A stretch of DNA of 32,000 nucleotides. Source: Fibrobacter succinogenes subsp. succinogenes S85. GTDB taxonomy: Bacteria; Fibrobacterota; Fibrobacteria; Fibrobacterales; Fibrobacteraceae. How positions within the stretch are numbered: position 1 is the stretch's first letter; every line of letters starts with the position of its first letter. The translations under genes were made by a program, and so were the position numbers. This document shows positions 17,763 through 27,175 of the stretch, piece after piece. The notes under the pieces were generated by a model. It did no database searches, was not told where the DNA came from, and saw nothing but the letters and a program-made list of their open reading frames with translations. Where the stretch lies: contig NC_017448.1 of assembly GCF_000146505.1 (NCBI RefSeq), positions 930,001-962,000 on the forward strand, in the 5' to 3' direction.

Positions 17763-18920
17763 ATGCGATTTTTAAAATGTGCTTCGATCTGTCTTGGTCT
17801 TTCGGCTCTGATTGCATCTGCCTACGTGGTAAAAAAAGGCGATACCCTCTGGGATTTGAGCGCCGAATTTTTAAACGATCCGTTCGCATGGCCGGATTTG
17901 TGGGAAAATAATAGGCACATTGAAGACCCGCACTGGATTTATCCGGGCGACTCCATCTATCTAGGCGAAGGCATCAAGGATGACGGTTACCGTCTCCCGA
18001 AGACAAAACCGTGCGAAGGTGCGGTTGCCGATTCCAACTTGCCAAAGGGCATCAAGTCCGTCGGTTGCGATGAACGCGACGCCCGTAACGGAGACTTCGA
18101 GAACATGCTCGGAAACCTCCGCGACAAGGATAAGAAGCACAAGAAGAAAAAAGCAGCGGACACCTACCTCTATCAGAAGCGCCCTGCTCCAAAGATTTTC
18201 AACGGCTATTACCAGATTTTGGCTCCAGAAATCTATTCGCTCGATTCCATCAAGAAGGACCAGCGTTTCTTCTCCATCCGCACTGGCGAAAAGAAGGAAC
18301 CGATTATCCACATTCCTGAATCTGAAGTCATCGTTGGCATCGGTCGCAAGACAAACGCAAGCCTCAAGAAGGGTGACCTTGTCGAAATCCTGGATGCTCG
18401 CGCCATTGAAGTTCCTTCTCAAAAGGGAAAGAGCTATGACAACTACGCACTAGTAAGGCTTACCGGTTATGCAAAAATTACCGCTATCGGTGATACACTT
18501 TCAAGAGCAAAGATTGTCCAGAGCTTTAGGGAAATCAAGCTTGACCACGCCAAGGCACGTCTAAAGCAGCCGCTCAATATATTGAACGTCTCCGGCTACA
18601 CCGCCGTCCCCGAAGCAAAAATCGAAGACATGGCGATGATCCGTTATACGATGGACCCGATGCTCATCATCGGTGCTTATGCCTACATCCTGGTCGACAA
18701 GGGCGCAAAGCAAGGGTTCAATACCGGAGACGCCATTGCCATCTGGGAAGAAGACACGTCTGACGCAGGTCTCCCACCGAGACTCCTTGGACGCGGCATC
18801 ATCGCTAGAGCCACCGAAAACGAATCGACGGTACTCGTTCGTGAAGTCTATTCGAACAGCCGCCGCATTGAAATCGGACACAAGGTTTCTATAACCCATC
18901 AAGCGAACTTGGCCCAGTGA
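17763..18920 (+). CDS. Secreted LysM-domain protein
   Basis: A signal peptide ([20 protein letters not shown]) is followed by a LysM module ([47 protein letters not shown]) and a Lys-rich linker ([10 protein letters not shown]). Confidence 0.8.
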   Translation: MRFLKCASICLGLSALIASAYVVKKGDTLWDLSAEFLNDPFAWPDLWENNRHIEDPHWIYPGDSIYLGEGIKDDGYRLPKTKPCEGAVADSNLPKGIKSVGCDERDARNGDFENMLGNLRDKDKKHKKKKAADTYLYQKRPAPKIFNGYYQILAPEIYSLDSIKKDQRFFSIRTGEKKEPIIHIPESEVIVGIGRKTNASLKKGDLVEILDARAIEVPSQKGKSYDNYALVRLTGYAKITAIGDTLSRAKIVQSFREIKLDHAKARLKQPLNILNVSGYTAVPEAKIEDMAMIRYTMDPMLIIGAYAYILVDKGAKQGFNTGDAIAIWEEDTSDAGLPPRLLGRGIIARATENESTVLVREVYSNSRRIEIGHKVSITHQANLAQ

Positions 18921-19033
18921 CAAAGAACTTATTGATTTTCATCGGCATCGCGATTTCGATTCTAGCCATTTTGATGGCCGGAAGTGTCATTATACTCAAT
19001 TATCCTGAATTGTTGGCACATATTCCATTTTAA
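18917..19033 (+). CDS. Possible 38-aa single-pass membrane peptide
   Basis: A GTG overlaps the LysM stop (GTGA). The product is [38 protein letters not shown]. It ends 14 nt before the kinase ATG and is too short for the track. Confidence 0.35.
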   Translation: MTKNLLIFIGIAISILAILMAGSVIILNYPELLAHIPF

Positions 19034-19047
19034 GGAAGTGGGCTCCA

Positions 19048-21096
19048 ATGCGGATATCTCGTAGCAATCTTCTCTTTCTATCCTTTTTTGCAGGGGGAAT
19101 TGTCTTACCGACGGCAATTCTCTCGTTCTTGAGTGTACGGAACATCCAGAACGAAGCCTACCTTGCACAAAAGAACTATAGCGAGAGCACAGCGACATTC
19201 CGCGAACAATGCGAATCAACCATCAGCAAGGAACAGAACAAGATTTTCCAGGAAATCAAGTCCGCCTCGCTGTACCTTTACGAACAGCCGCACAGCCTCT
19301 TGGACTTCGGAAACGCCACACAATTCAAAACGGTGAACGGCATCGAGGCCATGTTCCTGTACAACAACGGAACACTCATCTACCCCGACATTTCATCGAA
19401 GCACTTTTCAAAGACTTCGGACTATTCAAACAGCATCGCAAGCCAGATCGAAAAAATGCTGTTCCGCGAAGAAGTCACGTCGGCCATGCCGCAGCCCGCA
19501 AGCCTGTCGCGTTCGGCACGCCAATTGCGTTTTTCGTTTGAATCCATTGACGACCACATCCAGAACATTCTTGGACTTGTGCGTATCGCATACAAAACCA
19601 AGGACTATGACGAAGCGCTCCGACTCTTAAACATTCTCGAAGAGCACCCACACCAGCAGGGCTACCTCCATTCGGACCTGACGCGTTCCGTCAACCTGCT
19701 GCACTTTGAAATTCTCGTTGCCCAAAAGAAACACAAAGAAGCTGAAGATTACACGATCGCCGTTTTAAACCAGTTCTTGCAAAGCGAGAACATCGAGAAC
19801 CTGCCCTCGGCAAGATTTTTCTTCGAAACAGCCTTCACCCAAATTCTTTCTTTTGAAAACCTGAGTCAAGAAAAACGCGAAGCTTTCTGGAACTTGCGCG
19901 AGAACTTCAACCGCCAGCTTGGCTACATGGACATATTCTTCAACAACAAAGATATCGTCCAGGCTCTCCTGAACAAGGAGACAACATCCAAGAGCGGCAT
20001 CGACATCATGAGTGACAACAAGTCCACGTTCATCAAGATGAGCTACCCCATCCTTTCAGGGGACCAGGTCGTGCTCGCCAAGGTGAACATCGATGAATAC
20101 CGCGAGCTCATGCGCTCCAAACTCAAGACCTCGTCACAAGGCTGGAAAAGTATCCCCTTCTCCATTACGGAAGGTCCCGACAAGACTCTCATTCTCGGAC
20201 ACGTTTCGGACAGTTCCGCAGTCATGACTCAAGTTGTTCTAGACAAAGTCATTTCCTGGAATCTAACCTTGTACGAAAAAGGCTTAAGCGAAATCAAGCG
20301 TGAAACGCGCAAGCGCATGTTCCTCATGTACGGGCTTTTGTCGTTCTCGCTCATTACCGTATTGCTCGGCTCCATTGTAATGTTCCGCTTCCTCACACAG
20401 GAACACAAGCTTCTGGCCATGAAGGCGAACTTCCTTTCGAGCGTTTCGCATGAACTGAAGACTCCACTCACATCCATCAAGATGTTTGCCGAGATGATGG
20501 CCCGCGGACGCGTGCAGAAAGTCGAGAAAGTGCAAGAATATTCAGGCCTTATTGGCAAAGAAGCGACCCGCCTTGAAAACTTGATAGGCGCTATTTTGAA
20601 CTACACTCGCATGGAACATGGCAAGGGCGGTTTCCATTGGGAAAAGCTTGATTTTTCGGCCTGCGTCCAGAAGGTTTTTGATAACGTAGAAGACATCGGT
20701 GTCGAGAAAGGGCTCATGTTCAATACAAAGATTGAGCCGAGTATGTTTGTGGTTGGCGACTACACGGCTCTTTATAGCTTGGTGCAGAACCTTATCGAAA
20801 ACGCCATCAAGTATACAAACGCTCCGGGCGACATCACTATAACGGTAGCCCCCGACGAAGACAGAGTCGTTTTCTCCGTGGCCGATACCGGTATAGGCAT
20901 CCCGTCTTCGGAACAAAAAAATATATTTAATGATTTTTATAGAGTCGGTGACGAAATGACTCGCAGTACAAAGGGCTCTGGGCTTGGCCTAGCCATCGTA
21001 AAGCGCGTAGCCGAAACGCACAAGGCGACCATTTCACTCACCAGCAAACCCGGCAAGGGCTCCACATTCACCGTAAGATTCAAAAAGGCAGAATGA
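19048..21096 (+). CDS. Sensor histidine kinase with a large (~400 aa) extracytoplasmic domain
   Basis: Two TM segments sit near aa ~7-30 and ~425-450. The H-box is FLSSVSHELKTPLTSI, the N-box LIENAIKYT, G1 DTGIGI and G2 GSGLGLAIV. Confidence 0.9.
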   Translation: MRISRSNLLFLSFFAGGIVLPTAILSFLSVRNIQNEAYLAQKNYSESTATFREQCESTISKEQNKIFQEIKSASLYLYEQPHSLLDFGNATQFKTVNGIEAMFLYNNGTLIYPDISSKHFSKTSDYSNSIASQIEKMLFREEVTSAMPQPASLSRSARQLRFSFESIDDHIQNILGLVRIAYKTKDYDEALRLLNILEEHPHQQGYLHSDLTRSVNLLHFEILVAQKKHKEAEDYTIAVLNQFLQSENIENLPSARFFFETAFTQILSFENLSQEKREAFWNLRENFNRQLGYMDIFFNNKDIVQALLNKETTSKSGIDIMSDNKSTFIKMSYPILSGDQVVLAKVNIDEYRELMRSKLKTSSQGWKSIPFSITEGPDKTLILGHVSDSSAVMTQVVLDKVISWNLTLYEKGLSEIKRETRKRMFLMYGLLSFSLITVLLGSIVMFRFLTQEHKLLAMKANFLSSVSHELKTPLTSIKMFAEMMARGRVQKVEKVQEYSGLIGKEATRLENLIGAILNYTRMEHGKGGFHWEKLDFSACVQKVFDNVEDIGVEKGLMFNTKIEPSMFVVGDYTALYSLVQNLIENAIKYTNAPGDITITVAPDEDRVVFSVADTGIGIPSSEQKNIFNDFYRVGDEMTRSTKGSGLGLAIVKRVAETHKATISLTSKPGKGSTFTVRFKKAE

Positions 21097-21815
21097 TTAT
21101 GCAACAACACAGAATTCTCATTGTTGAAGACGAAGAAATCATCCGGCTTGGGCTCCAGGACAACTTTGAGCTCGAAAACTACGAAGTCGAGACGGCATGC
21201 GATGGCGAAGAAGCCATTGCCAAGACGGATTCATTCCAGCCGCACCTCATCTTGCTAGACGTGATGCTCCCCAAGAAGAGCGGTTTTGAAGTCTGCCGAA
21301 TTATCCGCAAAAAGCACCCGGAATGCATCATCATTATGCTTACCGCAAAGACCGAAGAAACGAGTAAAGTCGCAGGCCTTGACATGGGCGCAGATGACTA
21401 CGTAACAAAGCCGTTCTCTATTCTAGAACTTCTAGCACGCGTGAAGGCGTTCCTCCGCCGAATTGACTTGCAGACTCAAGCAAATCCGACAAAGCAGCTT
21501 GCCTCAGTCGATGCCATTGACTTTGCCGACATCCACCTGGATTTCAAGAAGTTCATCGCCACCAAGGGCGGCGTTCCGCTGGAACTTTCCACAAGGGAAT
21601 TCCAGATTCTCAAGTACTTCTGGCAGCGCCGTGGCGAAGTTGTCTTACGCGAAGACCTGTTGCAAGATCTCTGGGGCTACACTCCCGAAAACATGCCCTC
21701 CACCCGCACGATTGACAACCATATCGTGAACCTGAGGCGCAAACTTGAAGACGACCAGGCCAACCCGAAAATCATCCTTTCTATCCGTGGAGCAGGCTAC
21801 AAGTTTGATGCGTAA
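21093..21815 (+). CDS. OmpR/PhoB-family response regulator
   Basis: The receiver domain shows ILIVEDEE...LILLDVMLPKKSG...MLTAK. The winged-helix output domain shows LSTREFQILKYFWQRRGEVVLREDLL...RTIDNHIVNLRRKL. Its start overlaps the kinase stop (ATGA). Confidence 0.9.
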   Translation: MIMQQHRILIVEDEEIIRLGLQDNFELENYEVETACDGEEAIAKTDSFQPHLILLDVMLPKKSGFEVCRIIRKKHPECIIIMLTAKTEETSKVAGLDMGADDYVTKPFSILELLARVKAFLRRIDLQTQANPTKQLASVDAIDFADIHLDFKKFIATKGGVPLELSTREFQILKYFWQRRGEVVLREDLLQDLWGYTPENMPSTRTIDNHIVNLRRKLEDDQANPKIILSIRGAGYKFDA

Positions 21816-24339
21816 TATTTGGCAAAAAGAAAACGTTTTCAAGGCGTGGGTTTTCGCAATCCTCGCCCTCTGTTCGCTGTTTTCTAGCCAAGCACTCGCA
21901 AGCAAGATGGCATCGCAACTCCAGGAAGCCATCTACCTCTTCGAAATGAAAGGCGAAGTTGACGAATCTATCCGCCTTCTAGAAAAAATTTCCCGTCAGG
22001 GAGATGCCGACGACAAGGAATCCGCATTCTTTTACCTCGGCAAAATCTACGACTTGGCAAACAACAAGGCCCAGGCCAACCACTTTTACAGCCGCAGCCA
22101 GGCGTTTACCAAAAATACAAGCAAATCCTACTGGCTTGCAAGCCGAGACGCCGCTACCAGTTTTGCACCCGTAAGGCTCCTGCAAAAGACAATCCCCCTC
22201 CGCAGCCCCATCCGCAAGTTCTTTGAAGGTAAAAAAGCGAACATCCTTTTTGAAAACGGACACATCGCCAAAATAGAAAGCGGGATGGTTATCGAAATTG
22301 CATCAAAGCTCAATGAAAACGATCACCTGCTGCATATCGATTCCGAAGGAATGTGGTACCAGAATTCCACTCGAGATTCTGTCTTTTACAGGCCGCACAA
22401 TTCGCCCAATCAGGAAACACCTTACAACATCAAAGACTTAAGCCAATTTACCGCCGCAAACGGCTATGCTATCGCCATCACCGACAAGGGCTTCTATATA
22501 TTAGACCGCAAGGGGACAATCACAAAAGGTAGCGTTGACTACACCTCTTGCCAAATCCAGAACGACTTGTTCATTAGCGACAACTTCATTGTCAACTGTC
22601 CCGACAACGCCCTCCACTTTATTTCAGCAAATTCGGCAGCAGAAGCGTTTATCATCGCACAATACGACATCATCCAGCAGACATTTGTCCTCAAGGACAA
22701 AATATATCTCATTTCAGGGAACGAGCTTTTCTGCTACACATTGCAAAATCCAAAGACTCCGCTTTGGAAAGCAGCCGTCGGGAACATCGAAACACTTCAG
22801 GCATTCGAAAAGAATATCGTCACGCTAGAAGCTTCCGGTAAAGTCACCTTGTACGACCAACAGACCGGAAACATCAACGCAAGCATCCGCGTCAACGCCT
22901 CGAACGTGTACCAGCTAGCCCAGGGAACGCTAGGACTTTTCTCGAACGAAGGATCCGTCATTACAGTTGATACGTTACTCCGACCGCTGTGGAATTTCAA
23001 CTTTGCAAAGTCCCCGATGACAGCCCCGATTGTCAAAAGGCGCTTTATCTACATTCCCTACGAAGACAAGAAAATCTACGCCATCGATTCCCATTATTAC
23101 GGTCAGCGTCCACTATATACGAGTAAACTTGCCGCCCAGGCAATTTTACAAGCCAAGCAAGACCATTGGGAAAACATCCCTCCGCTCCTGGATACAATCA
23201 TCAAGAATGAACCAGGCAATGCCGAAGCTCATTTTCTCAAGGCCTTAAATCTGGAGAAGCAGGAGGCGCCCGAAAAGAACCGCCAAAGAGCATGGGCCGA
23301 AGCGGTAAGGCTTTCTGTCGGCGGTAGCCCGCAAATTGCAAGTACAATATTGAGCCATTACAGCGATGTCATCGGTGCAAGTTTTGCAAGCCCGTTAAAC
23401 ATATCGCCCAAGACGATGTACCCGCAATTCCTGGGGGCCAAAAAGAATCTCTACACCGTTGACCCGGCTACAGAACAACTTATCTGCATCAATGCCGAAA
23501 ATGGCGAACAGCGCTGGAGCAAGTACATCGGCAAAATCGGGAACGCCCCAGTCATACAGTCCGATGAAAATGCCATCGTCATTTCAACAGGCTACCAGAT
23601 GAACGTTTACGACATGAACAAGGATGCGTTCAACAAGCCGTTGCAACTCCCAGGAAAAGCATTCAACTTCACAATGACTAGCGATTATATTTACGCCTCG
23701 ACGTGGAATGGTTTTTTGCTCAAGATTTCACGAGCAAACAACAGCATCGTCTGGTCGCGTAAAGTTTATTCCATGCCATTCCATGTCGTAAAGCTCCCTA
23801 AATTCTTGCAGCTTTGCAACCTTGATGGAGCGCTGATGCGCCTCAATGACGATAACGGCTCTACGCAAGAAAAATCATCAAATAGAGTTCCGGTCAACAT
23901 CACGGCCATGGAAGGAATCGACTCGACCCTCGTCCTCGTTTCAAACACAAATAAACTTTTCCTACAGAATACGAAAAAGAAGGATTACAGTCCCACACAA
24001 GTTCTCATGGAATACCCCATTATTTCGATGCAAGTGTTCCGCGACCAGAATGAAGACAAAATCATCATTTCACTTTCGGACCAGTCCATCCTTCTTTATT
24101 CCAACATCGGCACCCCGCTCTGGAAATATCAAGGCAAAAAGTCCATATTCTCCAAGCCTTTCATTTACGATGGCAAAGCATGGATCGACCAAGGGAATGA
24201 AATCATCGCACTTTCTATCAAAACCGGCAAAGTGGTCAAGACTTTCAATACCCCAGGTGGCGCAGGAACACCGTTCATTCTGAACCACACCCTGTTTAGC
24301 GCCTCCCCAAAACGCGTTCTTTACGCATTTCCGCTATAA
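21808..24339 (+). CDS. Secreted PQQ-like/BamB-like beta-propeller repeat protein with TPR-like segments
   Basis: The ATG at 21808 overlaps the regulator's end by 8 nt. It has a signal peptide (VFAILALCSLFSSQALAS) and repeated propeller blades (e.g. INAENGEQRWSKYIG, IVWSRKVY, PLWKYQG). Confidence 0.7.
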   Translation: MRNIWQKENVFKAWVFAILALCSLFSSQALASKMASQLQEAIYLFEMKGEVDESIRLLEKISRQGDADDKESAFFYLGKIYDLANNKAQANHFYSRSQAFTKNTSKSYWLASRDAATSFAPVRLLQKTIPLRSPIRKFFEGKKANILFENGHIAKIESGMVIEIASKLNENDHLLHIDSEGMWYQNSTRDSVFYRPHNSPNQETPYNIKDLSQFTAANGYAIAITDKGFYILDRKGTITKGSVDYTSCQIQNDLFISDNFIVNCPDNALHFISANSAAEAFIIAQYDIIQQTFVLKDKIYLISGNELFCYTLQNPKTPLWKAAVGNIETLQAFEKNIVTLEASGKVTLYDQQTGNINASIRVNASNVYQLAQGTLGLFSNEGSVITVDTLLRPLWNFNFAKSPMTAPIVKRRFIYIPYEDKKIYAIDSHYYGQRPLYTSKLAAQAILQAKQDHWENIPPLLDTIIKNEPGNAEAHFLKALNLEKQEAPEKNRQRAWAEAVRLSVGGSPQIASTILSHYSDVIGASFASPLNISPKTMYPQFLGAKKNLYTVDPATEQLICINAENGEQRWSKYIGKIGNAPVIQSDENAIVISTGYQMNVYDMNKDAFNKPLQLPGKAFNFTMTSDYIYASTWNGFLLKISRANNSIVWSRKVYSMPFHVVKLPKFLQLCNLDGALMRLNDDNGSTQEKSSNRVPVNITAMEGIDSTLVLVSNTNKLFLQNTKKKDYSPTQVLMEYPIISMQVFRDQNEDKIIISLSDQSILLYSNIGTPLWKYQGKKSIFSKPFIYDGKAWIDQGNEIIALSIKTGKVVKTFNTPGGAGTPFILNHTLFSASPKRVLYAFPL

Positions 24340-24362
24340 ATTAGCACTATAGGTCATAGTAA

Positions 24363-24410
24363 ACTAAATTTTAGTGGTCATTTTTGCAAAATCTCACTAC
24401 ATTTTGCAAA
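24363..24410 (+). promoter_or_regulatory. Cluster of A/T-rich palindromes upstream of the solute-binding-protein gene
   Basis: ACTAAAtTTTAGT lies at 24363-24375. The self-complementary 8-mer TTTGCAAA lies at 24383-24390 and 24403-24410, exactly 20 nt apart. Confidence 0.25.
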
Positions 24411-24431
24411 GCTTGTTTTTCAAGGAAATCC

Positions 24432-26213
24432 ATGAGCGTCCACATTAAAAGAATCGTCTCCTTGAGCTACCTCTCCATAGCGGTGGCATTCATGCTCACA
24501 GGCTGCAAGGAAGATGTTTCAAAGACGCCCAAAACCGCGGTTTCTGATTACCCGCGAAACGAAACCCTTTACGTAGGTGGTTTCGACTGGTCTCCGCCCG
24601 CAACATTTAACCCGCTGGACCCGGATCCAAATTTCCCGGCAGACGGAAACATCCGCCTCATGTACGAGTCTTTACTCGCCTATAACCAGCTGACAGGCGG
24701 ACTCGACCCCATGCTTGCAGATTCCTACAGCCAGACGGATTCGACCATTACCGTCCACCTGAACCCGCGAGCCAAATGGAACAACGGTGAAACGCTCACC
24801 ACCGAAGATGTGTTATTCACCTTCAAGCTGGATTCCATCCTCCCGACAGCCCATCATAACAACTGGAAGTATATCAAGGCGATATCCGCTGACAGCGACA
24901 ACTTTATTTCTTTCTACATGGCAGCAAACAGGAACCCGCTCATGGTTCTGAATGCCATTGCCGAGACATCGATTCTCCCCAAGTCTGTATTCGAGCCTTT
25001 GCTTAAGTCTGCAAAGACCGGCAAAAGCTACAACATGGAGAAGATTCTCGAATTCAAGAACGACGCTCAACCAGTCGCTTCGGGGCCTTATACCTTAGCC
25101 AACTATTCTCCAGACCAAATTGTGCTAAAACGCAGTGAAAACTACTGGAGATCTAGCAATTACGGTGGCAGAAAGCCTGCTCCCAAATACATCATACACC
25201 CCATTTACGACAAGAATGACAATTTTAACAATGCCATGAGTCGAGGAAACCTGGACGTTTCTTCCATTTACTTGCCTAGAATTTGGGAAAAGGCCAAAGA
25301 CAGCATCCGCTCCTGGAGCCGCGAAGAACCATACCAGCTCCCCGCCACCATTACGGCCTTGGTCGTTGCAACCACAAAAGAACCGTTCAACAACGTAAGC
25401 TTTAGACGCGCATTAGCCCACTCAATTGACTTCGATAAAATCAAAGCTCGCGCCCTTTCGAACTACACCCCCGCCGTGCAGCCCGGGTTCATCCTCCCGT
25501 TTGGCCTCGAAAAGAAGTATTTCAACAAGGAAGACGCCGACGAGTTCGGCTACAGCTACAACACTGAAAAAGCACGTGAAATTCTCCAGGAAGCAGGCTA
25601 TTCCTGGAACGCAGACGGAAAACTTCTCGACAAGAAGAAAAAGCTTGTCCGCAGCATTTCCATCGAGTGTCCGCAAGGCTGGAACGACTGGATTGAAGCC
25701 ATCAATGTTGTCGTGGAATCGTTTGCCGAAATCGGAATTACCGCAACACCTAAGATTGTCGACTACGCCATGTGGGACTCGGACCTGCGCCGGGGTACTT
25801 TTGACCTCGCCATGAAGACTCCGCCGACAGAGCACTCAGTCGCCAATCCATGGAACAGGTTCTACCAAATGCTAAGCACTTTATCTTATAAGCCTGTCGG
25901 TGAAGAGACATTTGTAAACCAGGGACGTTTCCAGAATCCCGAAATAAATGATATCTTGGCCAACATACCGACCATCGCAAATGAAGATTCGCTCGTTCTA
26001 GCGTACCGGGAACTCAACAAACTGTTCATGGAAACAGTCCCTGTACTCCCCCTCATGTACAGGCCATCGACATTCTACCAGTTCTCAACTAAACACTGGA
26101 CAAACTTCCCTACGGCAGAAAACCCGTATGCACCCCCTAGCAACCTTATTGTTGCTGCTGGAGTAAGCGCACTTTGGGAAATTGTACCCGTTGATAAAGC
26201 CGATAATCAATAA
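24432..26213 (+). CDS. ABC-transporter substrate-binding lipoprotein, family 5 (peptide/oligosaccharide type)
   Basis: The ATG at 24432 gives MSVHIKRIVSLSYLSIAVAFMLTGC (lipobox LTGC). The length and motifs are SBP_bac_5-like. No permease or ATPase genes are adjacent. Confidence 0.8.
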   Translation: MSVHIKRIVSLSYLSIAVAFMLTGCKEDVSKTPKTAVSDYPRNETLYVGGFDWSPPATFNPLDPDPNFPADGNIRLMYESLLAYNQLTGGLDPMLADSYSQTDSTITVHLNPRAKWNNGETLTTEDVLFTFKLDSILPTAHHNNWKYIKAISADSDNFISFYMAANRNPLMVLNAIAETSILPKSVFEPLLKSAKTGKSYNMEKILEFKNDAQPVASGPYTLANYSPDQIVLKRSENYWRSSNYGGRKPAPKYIIHPIYDKNDNFNNAMSRGNLDVSSIYLPRIWEKAKDSIRSWSREEPYQLPATITALVVATTKEPFNNVSFRRALAHSIDFDKIKARALSNYTPAVQPGFILPFGLEKKYFNKEDADEFGYSYNTEKAREILQEAGYSWNADGKLLDKKKKLVRSISIECPQGWNDWIEAINVVVESFAEIGITATPKIVDYAMWDSDLRRGTFDLAMKTPPTEHSVANPWNRFYQMLSTLSYKPVGEETFVNQGRFQNPEINDILANIPTIANEDSLVLAYRELNKLFMETVPVLPLMYRPSTFYQFSTKHWTNFPTAENPYAPPSNLIVAAGVSALWEIVPVDKADNQ

Positions 26214-26273
26214 AAAAGTTTCTCTTTCACCGTAAAAAAATTATCTTTAGCAAACCATTTAAAGGAGTATATC

Positions 26274-27071
26274 GTGGGAAAATTACGCTTTGTTTTGCCT
26301 AATACTTTCACAAGCCTGAACTTTTTGCTTGGCGTGTTCTCCATTTGCTGGACAACCGGAGCATTTGGTTCGTTTAGTACGGCAGACCAAATCCGCATGG
26401 GTGCCTATTTCGTCATGTTGTGCGCCCTTTTTGATAAGCTTGATGGCTTTGCCGCCCGCCTCGTGAACGCCAGTTCCGAATTCGGCGCTCAGTTCGATAG
26501 CCTTGCCGACTTGGTGGCTTTCGGTCTCGCCCCTGCATTCTGCGTTTTCTTCACCTACAAGATTTACGCACCGGAATGGTTCCAGAACCATGGGCTCCTG
26601 ATGACGGTTGCACTTGCCGTTTACGTGCTCTGTGCCGCCATGCGCCTCGCCAAGTACAATGCTTGCGATTCTGACACTTACCACCACCATTTCTCCGGCC
26701 TCCCTTCCACCTTTGCGGGCATGGTCAATGCAACACTCATCGTGTTCCTCATGACCAAGGGCGTTTTCGCAGACTCCAGCACGTTCCTCTTCTGGCTCCC
26801 GATTATCGTGTTTGTCATTACAGGATTCTTGATGGTAAGCCCGTTGTTCCTCCCGAAACTCCAGCCGCGCAAGAACAAGGCTTTCAACATTTTCCAGATC
26901 GTGCTGATCCTGCTCACCTACGTTGCAGGCATCCTCTTCTACAACCCGAAGGTACCGTTCATTCTTGAATACCTGCTCATTCTCGGTTCAAGCTACATGG
27001 TGATTGGTTTTGCAGTAGGCCTCATCTACCGCAAGCAGATTATCAAAGAAGCTAAAGCAGCCAAAAAGTAG
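26274..27071 (+). CDS. pssA: CDP-diacylglycerol--serine O-phosphatidyltransferase (CDP-alcohol phosphatidyltransferase family)
   Basis: A GTG start follows an AAGGAG SD. It has the motif DKLDGFAARLVNASSEFGAQFDSLADLVAFGLAP (D-G-x2-A-R-x8-G-x3-D-x3-D) and multiple TM helices. Confidence 0.85.
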   Translation: MGKLRFVLPNTFTSLNFLLGVFSICWTTGAFGSFSTADQIRMGAYFVMLCALFDKLDGFAARLVNASSEFGAQFDSLADLVAFGLAPAFCVFFTYKIYAPEWFQNHGLLMTVALAVYVLCAAMRLAKYNACDSDTYHHHFSGLPSTFAGMVNATLIVFLMTKGVFADSSTFLFWLPIIVFVITGFLMVSPLFLPKLQPRKNKAFNIFQIVLILLTYVAGILFYNPKVPFILEYLLILGSSYMVIGFAVGLIYRKQIIKEAKAAKK

Positions 27072-27103
27072 GAAGTAGACGGTAGACAGTAGACAGTGGA
27101 TAG
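27069..27103 (+). repeat. Heptad array TAGGAAG TAGACGG TAGACAG TAGACAG TGGA TAG starting at the pssA stop codon
   Basis: TAG occurs at 27069 (the real stop), 27076, 27083 and 27090, with an exact 7-nt period. A further TAG is at 27101. Confidence 0.85.
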
Positions 27104-27126
27104 CCGTCAGTCGCTAATTTGAAGTT

Positions 27127-27155
27127 ATGCCCGCTGCAAGCGGGCATTTCTTTTT
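27127..27155 (+). terminator. Rho-independent terminator after pssA
   Basis: A perfect hairpin ATGCCCGC-TGCA-AGCGGGCAT (27127-27147) is followed by TTCTTTTT. Confidence 0.75.
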
Positions 27156-27175
27156 ATGGAGATTATTGGCGCGTT

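Noticed and set aside
21745-21807. An upstream start for the beta-propeller gene; similar extended starts occur at 24384, 6906, 7953, 12598 and 14514
   Set aside because: The extensions overlap upstream genes or precede the signal peptide. The in-frame starts at 21808, 24432, 6834, 7902, 12529 and 14526 have better context (SD or signal peptide at the N-terminus).
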